Source: an uncultured archaeon
GTDB taxonomy: Archaea; Iainarchaeota; Iainarchaeia; Iainarchaeales; JAAZKV01
NCBI GenBank assembly: GCA_964551375.1
Contig: CAZKBG010000001.1
Location: forward strand, 490,833-554,832
Length of the DNA stretch: 64,000 nt
Direction: 5' to 3'
Positions 8,564 to 16,876 of the stretch are shown here, piece after piece. The notes beneath the pieces are model-generated. The model was not told the DNA's origin and searched no databases. It worked only from the letters and a program-made list of their open reading frames with translations. The first letter of the stretch is position 1; each line of letters begins with the position of its first letter. The position numbers and the translations under genes were made by a program.

Positions 8564-10879
8564 TCAAATAAAAGCAGAAACTGTTTTTGCGCCGAGATAC
8601 TTTTTGGCAAGATCGGTAAATTCAGCCACTGCGCCAGCCAAATCATCATCGCTTGTCATGCTTTCAATGTAAATAACAGCGTTTTTTGTCCCTTCAGTGA
8701 ATTTTGTTTTGTCAGATTCTCTCCAGTTCCATCTTCTGCATAAAACATCCTTATCATCGCGGTAAATTACTTCCCCTTTATTTGGATGCTCTTTCATTTT
8801 TCCGCCAATCATAAAGAAATTTTCAGAGCCATCAGCAATTGTGAGCCTTACTTTTCCCTCAACTTTATCCAAGTCATCTCCACCCACAGGAACAACATAT
8901 TTTATTGAAATTAAATTATACAAATCAACAAGCGAGTTTATGTTTGGAAGAGGATTGTTGTTCAAAACTCTCCTCACAAGCGCATCAACTGAAGGCTTGT
9001 TCTTTGCAGGATCGCCGTTGAACGAAGAATATGATGCTCTCCAAGCTTTAAGCTGAGGAATATCAAGAGGATTAAATCCGCCAAATCTTGCCCTAAGCGC
9101 TGATTCTTCAGCCCTCAATAAAGAAGTAATTTCCTTATTTTCCTTGGAATTTGTTATTCCTTCAAGAACTACCACGCCAGCTTTATACCCTGGAAACTTT
9201 TCAACAACAGAAGAACTTATTTCAAATTTCAATTTTCCCAAATCAACTTCTTTTGATTTATTCTCATAAGATTTCTTGGATAACGGCTTGTCAATCGACT
9301 CGAGAAGCGCTTTAACTTTATCAAGACCGATAACTATTATGAAGTTTGATAATTTTGGCCCGAAGTTTTTATTTATTATTATTTTATAAAACGCAGTGAA
9401 GAATTCTTTTTGTTCAATTCCAGATTCTTTGCACGCTTCCCCAAAAAGCTTAATCAATTCATCTTCGCTCTTGCCAAGCATCTGTTTTGCAACAAATCTA
9501 ATTGCCGCTTTCTGCTTGTCAGTCAATGCGAGCTTTGCGTCATCGCTTGCATCATTTTGCAAAACAAACTTGAAATTGTCTTCAGCATAATTGTCAATCC
9601 AAAACTTTACCCTATCAACCATTGAATTAACATACTTCATGTCAAAAGAGTTGAAATAGGAGGCAATTTTTTTCCTGTCAAACTGATACACCTGCGAAAC
9701 AGTCACAAGATGCCTAAAATCAATCTGTGAAGGAATTTCTTTTGGCAATGAAACGGAACTTAATTCATAAATTCGGTTGTTTAATTCAAGGTCCTCTTTT
9801 TCGCACGGCTCTTTTCCAAAATAAATTCTTTCAACTTTCTGAAACTCCGAGTAAAGCCTTATTACATCCATTCCCTCAAAGCTCACTTCAAAATATTTTT
9901 CAGGCCTTTTTGAAACAAAAATGTACCTAATAATTTCCGGAGTGTAAACGCCAAGCATTTCTTTTAAGTCAATAGTGTTTCCCTTAGAAGAAGACATTTT
10001 TCCTCCCTGCCCTTTGATTGAAATAAATTCATACATTATGTGTTCAGGCGGAATTCTTCCAAAAATATCTTTTACAATTACTTCAGCAGTTGTATTGCTC
10101 CCTCCCTCGCTTGAGTGCTCTTTTCCAGAAGGCTCAAAATCAACTTTCTCAAACTCCCATCTCATAGGCCAGTCAACACGCCACTGAAGCTTTGCTATTC
10201 CTTTTTTTCTAAAATCAAAAGTATTAGTAAACCCGCATTGGCACATATAACTTAATGAATAATCCCCGTCATAGCCGATGATTGTAGTATCATCCTTGTT
10301 GCATTTCTCGCAAAATACTCTAACAGGATTCCATTCGCCTTCCAAATCCTCAGCTCTCCACTTATCAAGAACCTCTTTAATAGCATCTTTATTCAAAAGA
10401 GCTTTTTTCATCCCTTCAGAATAAGTGCACGCGCGGTATTTTTTTGCCTGATTCAAAAACTCAGGAAAAACACCCATTTGCGGAAGATAACTCTCAACAG
10501 TTTTTTCATTGTGCTCAGCATAACTCGCATGGCATCCAAAAGGATCAGGCACATCAACTATCGGCTGTCTCAAATATTTCTCAAGCATTTCTTTATTTGG
10601 AAAATTAGCGGGAACTTTTCTAAAAACATCATAGTCATCCCAAGAATAAATAAATCTGACTTTCTTTCCCTGCCTTGCAATCGCTTTTGCGACTAAATCA
10701 ACAGTAATAATTTCCCTAAAATTTCCAATGTGAACAACGCCTGAAGGAGTAATGCCCGCAGCAACAGTGATTAAGTCCTGCCCTTTTCTTTTTTCAATGA
10801 CATCCTTTGCTACCGCATCAGCCCAATGCACTTTTGAATCTGATTCATGCATTTTTTCATTAACAGCCATTTTACCCAC
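8564..10879 (-). CDS. lysK: Class I lysyl-tRNA synthetase with a ~218-aa C-terminal B3/4-like extension
   Basis: Class I aaRS signature motifs are VVHIGNFRE (HIGH variant) and KMSSSKGN (KMSKS variant), the combination characteristic of class I LysRS. At 771 aa it is about 240 aa longer than typical LysRS-I. The tail (PSVDALVRRVLNNNPLPNINSLVDLYNLISIKYVVPVGGDDLD) matches my recollection of the B3/4 domain core. Confidence 0.9.
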   Translation of the reverse strand: MGKMAVNEKMHESDSKVHWADAVAKDVIEKRKGQDLITVAAGITPSGVVHIGNFREIITVDLVAKAIARQGKKVRFIYSWDDYDVFRKVPANFPNKEMLEKYLRQPIVDVPDPFGCHASYAEHNEKTVESYLPQMGVFPEFLNQAKKYRACTYSEGMKKALLNKDAIKEVLDKWRAEDLEGEWNPVRVFCEKCNKDDTTIIGYDGDYSLSYMCQCGFTNTFDFRKKGIAKLQWRVDWPMRWEFEKVDFEPSGKEHSSEGGSNTTAEVIVKDIFGRIPPEHIMYEFISIKGQGGKMSSSKGNTIDLKEMLGVYTPEIIRYIFVSKRPEKYFEVSFEGMDVIRLYSEFQKVERIYFGKEPCEKEDLELNNRIYELSSVSLPKEIPSQIDFRHLVTVSQVYQFDRKKIASYFNSFDMKYVNSMVDRVKFWIDNYAEDNFKFVLQNDASDDAKLALTDKQKAAIRFVAKQMLGKSEDELIKLFGEACKESGIEQKEFFTAFYKIIINKNFGPKLSNFIIVIGLDKVKALLESIDKPLSKKSYENKSKEVDLGKLKFEISSSVVEKFPGYKAGVVVLEGITNSKENKEITSLLRAEESALRARFGGFNPLDIPQLKAWRASYSSFNGDPAKNKPSVDALVRRVLNNNPLPNINSLVDLYNLISIKYVVPVGGDDLDKVEGKVRLTIADGSENFFMIGGKMKEHPNKGEVIYRDDKDVLCRRWNWRESDKTKFTEGTKNAVIYIESMTSDDDLAGAVAEFTDLAKKYLGAKTVSAFI

Positions 10880-11020
10880 TTATGTGTAAAGTAATACTTC
10901 GGGCGTTTAGTTAAAAAAGCTTGGCTTAAATTACGAAAAGAGCAGTTTAGGATTAGAGCCATTTTAAGCTCGGGCATTACTATAAAAACCCCCAAAGCAA
11001 GAAATATTTAACGTGATATA

Positions 11021-11884
11021 ATGGGAAGGGCAGAGCTTTATAGAAAAGGGGGACCAGCACAGAAAATGCAAGGCGCAAGAAAATTAAGAGCCACAGGCAA
11101 CCCGATTTTTCGCCCAGCAGTCGGAATTAACAATAAAACAATGCAAATGGTGCTGAAAAGATGGACTGAAAGAAAAAGAGCCGAAGTGGTAAAAACAAAA
11201 TTGCCCCAAAAATTAAAAGAAATTGCAGGACAAACTCCAAAACCAAGCAGGACCCAAATAAATCAAGCAGTTCAAGCATGGCTTAAGGGAGAAGAACACA
11301 GAGTGATGTCCTACTCGCACCCCATAAAAGGAGCAAATGCGACAGGAAGCGAAGTTGCGATGAGATTTGCAGGCAAAGGACTTACTGAAAAAGCAAGAAG
11401 ACTTGCGGGGCTAAATCCAGAAGCAGCGCAGACTTTTTCAAGATTATTTAGAACCACTACAATTAATGTGCCTGAAATTAAGCTATACGTCGGACTTCCA
11501 ACAGCAATAATTATGCTGAAATTAATAAATAAGGCAGGGTTTAGAAGAGCAAATGCCGCAGTCAAAGTTGTTTCAAGAGAATCAAGCAGAATCATGAATA
11601 AAAATAAGCATAACAAAAAACTATCCTCATACCACAGCGACGCTTTCAATAACATCAGCAGCATGTTTTCAATGGCGCACACACTAAGAGAGCTTATGCT
11701 GCTTGACAAAAGAAACGGACTTGAAGCAGCAATGGATACAATCCATGCAAGGGAAGAAGCTCTTGCAAAGCTAAAAGCGCACCCAGAAGTACAAAATTAC
11801 AATTCTATCGCAAAAAGACTGGCTTCTGAAATTGAAGAAGGAAAAAGAGAAGCTGAAATATTCAAACAACAGAATGGACTTTAA
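11021..11884 (+). CDS. Hypothetical basic protein, paralog family A member 1
   Basis: 287 aa, Lys/Arg-rich. Shares a region with the next ORF (SHPIKGANATGSEVAMRFAGKGLTEKARRLAGL vs SHDIAIIRGGSKVTGTELAVRLVSRELIQTARQIGI). No known domain recognised. Confidence 0.5.
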   Translation: MGRAELYRKGGPAQKMQGARKLRATGNPIFRPAVGINNKTMQMVLKRWTERKRAEVVKTKLPQKLKEIAGQTPKPSRTQINQAVQAWLKGEEHRVMSYSHPIKGANATGSEVAMRFAGKGLTEKARRLAGLNPEAAQTFSRLFRTTTINVPEIKLYVGLPTAIIMLKLINKAGFRRANAAVKVVSRESSRIMNKNKHNKKLSSYHSDAFNNISSMFSMAHTLRELMLLDKRNGLEAAMDTIHAREEALAKLKAHPEVQNYNSIAKRLASEIEEGKREAEIFKQQNGL

Positions 11885-11930
11885 TTTTTCATGAGTACAG
11901 TTATATAAACAACTGAGGCTGAAATTATTT

Positions 11931-12929
11931 ATGCCACAATTAAAACCAAGATTAACTCCATTGCAGGCGGAAAAACTGCGAAAAGCAAGGGAGCGAAAGG
12001 GAAAAGGATTGCCTTTTATTTACCCTATGCAGGGAATGACTAAAGAGGCGCAGCTGGCAGTGATTCAAAGAATAAAACAAGACAAAGAAAGATCTTTAAT
12101 AGAAAAAATGAAACAAAGAAAAGTTGCAAAAATACGGGGAAAAATTATCCGCGAAATTGAGCCTGCTTTTGAAAAAATGACCCACAACGAAAGAACTACA
12201 ATAAGACCGAGCATAATGCACACGCTTTCAAGCGAACTTTCAACAATACGTTTTCCTGAAACAAGAAAAGAAGCAGAGCAAGTGGAAAGAGTTCTAAGAA
12301 TGCACCGAAAAGGAAAAGGGAAAACAATAAACTCACATGATATTGCAATAATAAGAGGAGGATCAAAAGTAACTGGAACCGAACTTGCAGTAAGGCTAGT
12401 TTCGCGAGAACTTATTCAAACAGCAAGACAAATAGGAATTGCGCATGAAAGCGCGCTTGTTGTTGAAAGGTTACTGCATAATAGAAATCAAAAAATACAC
12501 GGCACAAATGTCACTACCTATCCTCCAAATAGCTTACTTTTTATTAAGCTGATAAATAGAGAAGGCGAACAAAAAGCGGTGCATGTAATTGATGAAGTTG
12601 AGAAGCGCGCAGTGGAAATACAAAAAGACGCAAATTCACTTGGAAAAGAAACAAACTACAGCGATGTATTTGTTAATGTAAGCCAAAAAGTTCAGCCCCT
12701 GCAAATGGGTTTAGAGATGAACCTAATGAATAAAGAAAAATTTGTCAAGCAAGCGTGGAATGACTTAATGACAAGAACCCAAGCAGTGGCTTCAGCAAAA
12801 AAAACACATGGAGCAGCACTAGGAAAAGTTCTTGACAAGATTTCAAGTGAAAATATGTCATTTATGGGAGAAATACAGGAATACATGAAACGAAATAATA
12901 TTGGCCCGCATGTACTATTCAGCAAATAA
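11931..12929 (+). CDS. Hypothetical basic protein, paralog family A member 2
   Basis: 332-aa tandem paralog of 11021..11884 (shared G-x-x-x-TG-x-E-x-A-x-R motif region). Basic N-terminus. Confidence 0.5.
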   Translation: MPQLKPRLTPLQAEKLRKARERKGKGLPFIYPMQGMTKEAQLAVIQRIKQDKERSLIEKMKQRKVAKIRGKIIREIEPAFEKMTHNERTTIRPSIMHTLSSELSTIRFPETRKEAEQVERVLRMHRKGKGKTINSHDIAIIRGGSKVTGTELAVRLVSRELIQTARQIGIAHESALVVERLLHNRNQKIHGTNVTTYPPNSLLFIKLINREGEQKAVHVIDEVEKRAVEIQKDANSLGKETNYSDVFVNVSQKVQPLQMGLEMNLMNKEKFVKQAWNDLMTRTQAVASAKKTHGAALGKVLDKISSENMSFMGEIQEYMKRNNIGPHVLFSK

Positions 12930-13221
12930 ATGCTAAAAATAACCCAAAATGCTACTTAAAGACATCAAAAATTACCAGAATGTAATAAAAGATACACTCA
13001 AGCCCCCGAAGTATTTAATAATCACCAGGAAGGGTAATTAATGATGGATGTTAACTTTGTCTGGAGCTTATGATTCTGATTGTAGGCTCACCTCATTATT
13101 AAAGCTCCAGGCAGTTCACCAGTTTAACATCCGCTCACCTAATAATCCCCCAAGCCGAGAGGCTCGACATTATTTGAAAATTTTGTGGCAACCATAAACC
13201 CATCAAACAAACTTTTAGAAA

Positions 13222-13292
13222 GGGGTTGTGGTATAACGGCATTACGCAAGGTTCCAGACTTTGTTATTTGGGTTCAACTCCCAATAACCCCA
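13222..13292 (+). tRNA. tRNA-Trp (anticodon CCA)
   Basis: Hand-folded cloverleaf. Acceptor GGGGTTG pairs with TAACCCC. D arm is GTA/TAC with a GG-containing loop. Anticodon stem CAAGG/CTTTG encloses loop TTCCAGA (U33, CCA, A37). T arm is TTGGG-TTCAACT-CCCAA. Discriminator is A. No CCA encoded. Confidence 0.8.
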
Positions 13293-13328
13293 TAATAACT
13301 TTAAAAACAAGAACGGAGTTGATTATTT

Positions 13329-14459
13329 GTGGAAGAAAGAAAGCGTGATGAGATGAATAAAGAAGAAACAGTGATTATTGACCCTTGGGGAAAAGAGCTT
13401 GTCCAGGACTACACACGTTTAATCAAAGAGTTCGGGATGGAAGCGTTTGACAATAATATTTTCCCAGAGCCAAGCTTGCAGATGCGAAGAGGAGTAAATT
13501 TTGGAATGCAGGACGGAGAACAGATTGCAAAAGCCATAAAAGAAAAAAAACCATTCTACTGCCTCACAGGAATCATGCCATCAAGCGAAAAAATACACTT
13601 AGGAACTGAAACTGTTGTACAAAATGTTAGATACTTTCAGGACCACGGCGCAAAAACTTATATTTTAATTGCGGATGTTGAATCACAAGCCACCCGCGGA
13701 GTATCACTTGAAGAAGGAAAAAGAAGAGCAATGGAATTTCACATACCAGCCTACGTGGCTCTTGGACTTGATATTACAAAAACAAATTTTTACCTTCAAA
13801 GTGAAAACAAAAAAGTTTCAAACCTTGCAGCAATATGCTCTCAAAAAATAACTGAAAATGAATTTAGAGCAATTTACGGAAGCGTTCACCCGTCAAAAGT
13901 AATGAGCGCTTTCACCCAAATGGGAGATATACTTTACCCGCAGCTTGAAGAAAGAATGCCAGGAGTAATTCCTGTCGGAATTGACCAAGCCCCCCACATT
14001 AGAATGGTGAGGGATATTTCAAGAAGATTAAAACAAGATTATGGATTCTTCCTTCCAAGCGCAGTATACAATAAATACACAAGCGCTCTTGACGGCTCGT
14101 TTAAAATGAGCAAAAGCTCGGGAGAATTCTCAAAATTTGATATTCCTGAAAAAGATATGAAAATGGTTGAGAAAAAAATACAAAAGGCGCTCACTGGCGG
14201 AAGGGCAACAAAAGAAGAACAGAGGGCAAAGGGCGGAGAAATAGATAAATGCGTTGTTTATGAATATTGCAAAAACCATTTCATAAAAGACGATAAAATT
14301 CTCTCGCAAATGTATGAAGAATGCGTGAGCGGCAAAAACCTTTGCGGAGAGTGCAAGGCAAAATTTGGAATACCGAATGCGGTAAAGTTTTACGAAGATT
14401 TTAATAAAAACTTTGAGAAAGCAAAAAAGTCAATAGGAAAAATAAAATTTGTGAACTGA
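13329..14459 (+). CDS. trpS: Tryptophanyl-tRNA synthetase (archaeal/eukaryotic type)
   Basis: HIGH-region CLTGIMPSSEKIHLGT and KMSKS motif. The C-terminal block (ALTGGRATKEEQRAKGGEIDKCVVYEYCKNHF ... CGECK) matches archaeal TrpRS, not TyrRS. Confidence 0.9.
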   Translation: MEERKRDEMNKEETVIIDPWGKELVQDYTRLIKEFGMEAFDNNIFPEPSLQMRRGVNFGMQDGEQIAKAIKEKKPFYCLTGIMPSSEKIHLGTETVVQNVRYFQDHGAKTYILIADVESQATRGVSLEEGKRRAMEFHIPAYVALGLDITKTNFYLQSENKKVSNLAAICSQKITENEFRAIYGSVHPSKVMSAFTQMGDILYPQLEERMPGVIPVGIDQAPHIRMVRDISRRLKQDYGFFLPSAVYNKYTSALDGSFKMSKSSGEFSKFDIPEKDMKMVEKKIQKALTGGRATKEEQRAKGGEIDKCVVYEYCKNHFIKDDKILSQMYEECVSGKNLCGECKAKFGIPNAVKFYEDFNKNFEKAKKSIGKIKFVN

Positions 14460-14462
14460 TAT

Positions 14463-15158
14463 ATGCCTAAATTACATTCAAACAGGGCAATGCAACAGGA
14501 AAGAATACGCGCAAGCCAGAAACAGCTTCAGCTTTTGAGAAGAAAAGAAAAAATAAAAGGCCCAAAGTTTGAGGCAAACGGAAAACATTTCCAGCAGCAA
14601 AACAGATTAAGAACGCTTCTTGAGAGAGTGCGCCCAAGAGCAATGAAGCCCCAGCAGGAATTTGGAACAGGAGTGGACTTTGTATTCGCTGGGAAAAAGA
14701 TTGATTTTAAGTTTGGATTTGGAACACTCGGACACAACACAATAAGCGTGAGAATGAACGGAAATGAACTCATAAACAAATCAGACTGGACAATGGTATG
14801 CAACGAACGCGGAGACATAATCATATTTGGGACAGACAGGATACGCGACTTTGTAAAAATGAACAGAAGCAAAATGAAGCAAAATATGTTTCTAAATAAA
14901 GGCACTTATACAATGCACAGAATCCCATTAAGCGAAATGCTTGGGGAAACAAGATACACTGGGAACATACGCTCGGGAAAAGGAATCCTTAAAGCATTAA
15001 AAAAAATGAACCGAATTGACAACCCGAATATGCCTGCCAAAAGCCCTTTTTTAGGACTAGGACAAAGCAAAGCTGAACGGATAAGGATTGCGCAATCTTT
15101 CACACGAATGGGCGCGCCGCCGCAAAGGCCGAGATTTGACCGCAGAATAGGCAGATGA
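14463..15158 (+). CDS. Hypothetical basic protein, paralog family B member 1
   Basis: 231 aa. The core (GVDFVFAGKKIDFKFGFGTLGHNTISVRMNGNELINKSDWTMV) is clearly homologous to the next ORF. Arg-rich C-terminus. Starts 4 nt after the trpS stop. Confidence 0.5.
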   Translation: MPKLHSNRAMQQERIRASQKQLQLLRRKEKIKGPKFEANGKHFQQQNRLRTLLERVRPRAMKPQQEFGTGVDFVFAGKKIDFKFGFGTLGHNTISVRMNGNELINKSDWTMVCNERGDIIIFGTDRIRDFVKMNRSKMKQNMFLNKGTYTMHRIPLSEMLGETRYTGNIRSGKGILKALKKMNRIDNPNMPAKSPFLGLGQSKAERIRIAQSFTRMGAPPQRPRFDRRIGR

Positions 15159-15196
15159 AAATAATTATAAACAAGAAGCGTGTTAAAAGGTAAATA

Positions 15197-15841
15197 ATGT
15201 TTGATGCCCCAAACAATGCCTTACTGTTGGAACTTTTTTTAGAGCACACTCGCGCCAAAAATTGCAGGAAAATTTCTTTTAGAAAAAAAATCCAGCAGAA
15301 AATAAACCCAACCTGCATGGAGCAGAACAAAATGCGTTCAGTGCTTTTGGAAATGATTCCAAAAGAAATGGAAATAATAGAAGACGCGCATTTTGGAGTG
15401 GATTATTTATACCGCGGAATAAAAATTGACCAAAAGTTTTCATTCGGCGCGCTTGGAAAAAATACCATCAAAATCAGGGTAAAAAACAGAAGGCTTGTGA
15501 ATAACTCTGACTGGACAATGATAATAAACAAAAACTGGGAGCTTGAATTCTTTGAAACCGGAAAGCTTGAAGAATTTGTGCGAAAGAACTGGAGCACTGT
15601 TCAGAAAAGACTTGTTGAAAAGAAAAAATATTACGCAGAGTATTCAATAAAGCTTGATGAACTTTACCAGCTTGAAAAAATCGAGCCTCTGAAGGCAAAT
15701 CTTGAAAAAGAAATGCTGATTAACGGGCTTAGCCAAATTGAGTTTATTGAAAATGAAAAAGAGCTCCCCCAAACACAGCTCGTGTTTGATGACTCAATTC
15801 TAAAAAGAAGCGTTCTAACTCTCGCACACAAAAGCCCTTAA
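15197..15841 (+). CDS. Hypothetical protein, paralog family B member 2
   Basis: 214 aa. GVDYLYRGIKIDQKFSFGALGKNTIKIRVKNRRLVNNSDWTMI aligns with the previous ORF. Confidence 0.5.
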   Translation: MFDAPNNALLLELFLEHTRAKNCRKISFRKKIQQKINPTCMEQNKMRSVLLEMIPKEMEIIEDAHFGVDYLYRGIKIDQKFSFGALGKNTIKIRVKNRRLVNNSDWTMIINKNWELEFFETGKLEEFVRKNWSTVQKRLVEKKKYYAEYSIKLDELYQLEKIEPLKANLEKEMLINGLSQIEFIENEKELPQTQLVFDDSILKRSVLTLAHKSP

Positions 15842-15863
15842 ATATTACTCTACTTTATTAATT

Positions 15864-16376
15864 ATGCAAAAACTAAAACTAACCCTTCACACCGCAAAAG
15901 AAGAGGATGCCGACTTTGTTTATGAAATGATGCAAGATGAGGATTACAGGAAGCATTACCTTGAGAGACTTATTTTTAAAAACGTGGATGACGCAAAGAG
16001 CGACATTAATCAATCTATTAAAGACGCTAAAAGAGGAACAAGATTTTACTTTATAGTAAGACGGGGAAAAGAAAATATTGGAATACTTGATGTTTATAAA
16101 ATCAGCAAATCTGACAAAAAAGCATCAATAGGATATGGAATAAAAAAAGAATGTTGGGGAAGCGGGATAGGAAGCGAAGTGTGCAAACTGGGGCTTGAAT
16201 TTATTGAAAAAAAGCTGAAACTGCACTCGGTTGAAGCGACTGCTGATCCATTGAATAAAGCAAGCCACAGAGTTCTTGAAAAAAACGGGTTTAAACTGCT
16301 CGCAACTGTAAAAGATTACTACTATGATAGAGGAAAATTCATTGACAGGGCGATTTATTGGAAAGTATTTGAATAA
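15864..16376 (+). CDS. GNAT family N-acetyltransferase (RimL/RimJ-like)
   Basis: 170 aa with the acetyl-CoA binding motif region (CWGSGIGSEV ... ATADPLNKASHRVLEKNGFK) typical of GNAT. Confidence 0.8.
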   Translation: MQKLKLTLHTAKEEDADFVYEMMQDEDYRKHYLERLIFKNVDDAKSDINQSIKDAKRGTRFYFIVRRGKENIGILDVYKISKSDKKASIGYGIKKECWGSGIGSEVCKLGLEFIEKKLKLHSVEATADPLNKASHRVLEKNGFKLLATVKDYYYDRGKFIDRAIYWKVFE

Positions 16377-16525
16377 ATGAGTCAGAACATTTATTCATTG
16401 GATTTGAAGAAGAGAAAGTTTCTGCAACAAAAGCGTTTTTAGAGCTAATAATATCCCAAATAAGACTTATCTGGCAAGCCAGAACAAATGTATTAAATAC
16501 AGCTATAATCAATACTAAGTGCAAT

Positions 16526-16876
16526 ATGCCAAAGAAACTATCTGTCATGCCAGATTTACTTGGAATTACAGGACTTGAGAAAGAGATATACCTTTATGTA
16601 ATTGACAACTGGCCTACTACCCCCATAGAAATTGCATTGCAGAGAAATGAAGACATATCAGACAGGGACAAGAAAAGACGCGCAAGCACAAAATACGCTT
16701 ATTATGTCAAAAAACTTGTTGGAAAAAAACTCCTTCTTTCAAAAAAAGCAGGAAACAGCATAATTGTATGGCCCGTTTTGGCTGAAAAATACAGAACAAT
16801 TCATAATATTCTGAAAAATCATGAGCCTGAGCACATCGCGGCAATAAACACTCACACAGGTGAGAAACTTGCTTAA
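16526..16876 (+). CDS. Hypothetical small protein, possible DNA-binding partner of the V4R protein
   Basis: 116-aa ORF. Overlaps the next ORF by 17 nt in a different frame. Confidence 0.35.
   Translation: MPKKLSVMPDLLGITGLEKEIYLYVIDNWPTTPIEIALQRNEDISDRDKKRRASTKYAYYVKKLVGKKLLLSKKAGNSIIVWPVLAEKYRTIHNILKNHEPEHIAAINTHTGEKLA

Noticed and set aside
8564-10879. Alternative reading of the 771-aa ORF as class I LysRS plus an unrelated downstream gene
   Set aside because: The reading frame is continuous with no stop between the synthetase body and the tail in the provided sequence. A sequencing frameshift cannot be excluded but there is no sign of one, for example no overlapping alternative-frame ORF of matching length.
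12990-13221. Possible C/D-box sRNA in the GC-richer spacer
   Set aside because: A C-box-like TGATGG and a CTGA are present, but spacing (27 nt) and lack of a clear C'/D pair do not fit the canonical archaeal C/D architecture. Kept only as a generic structured-RNA candidate in findings.
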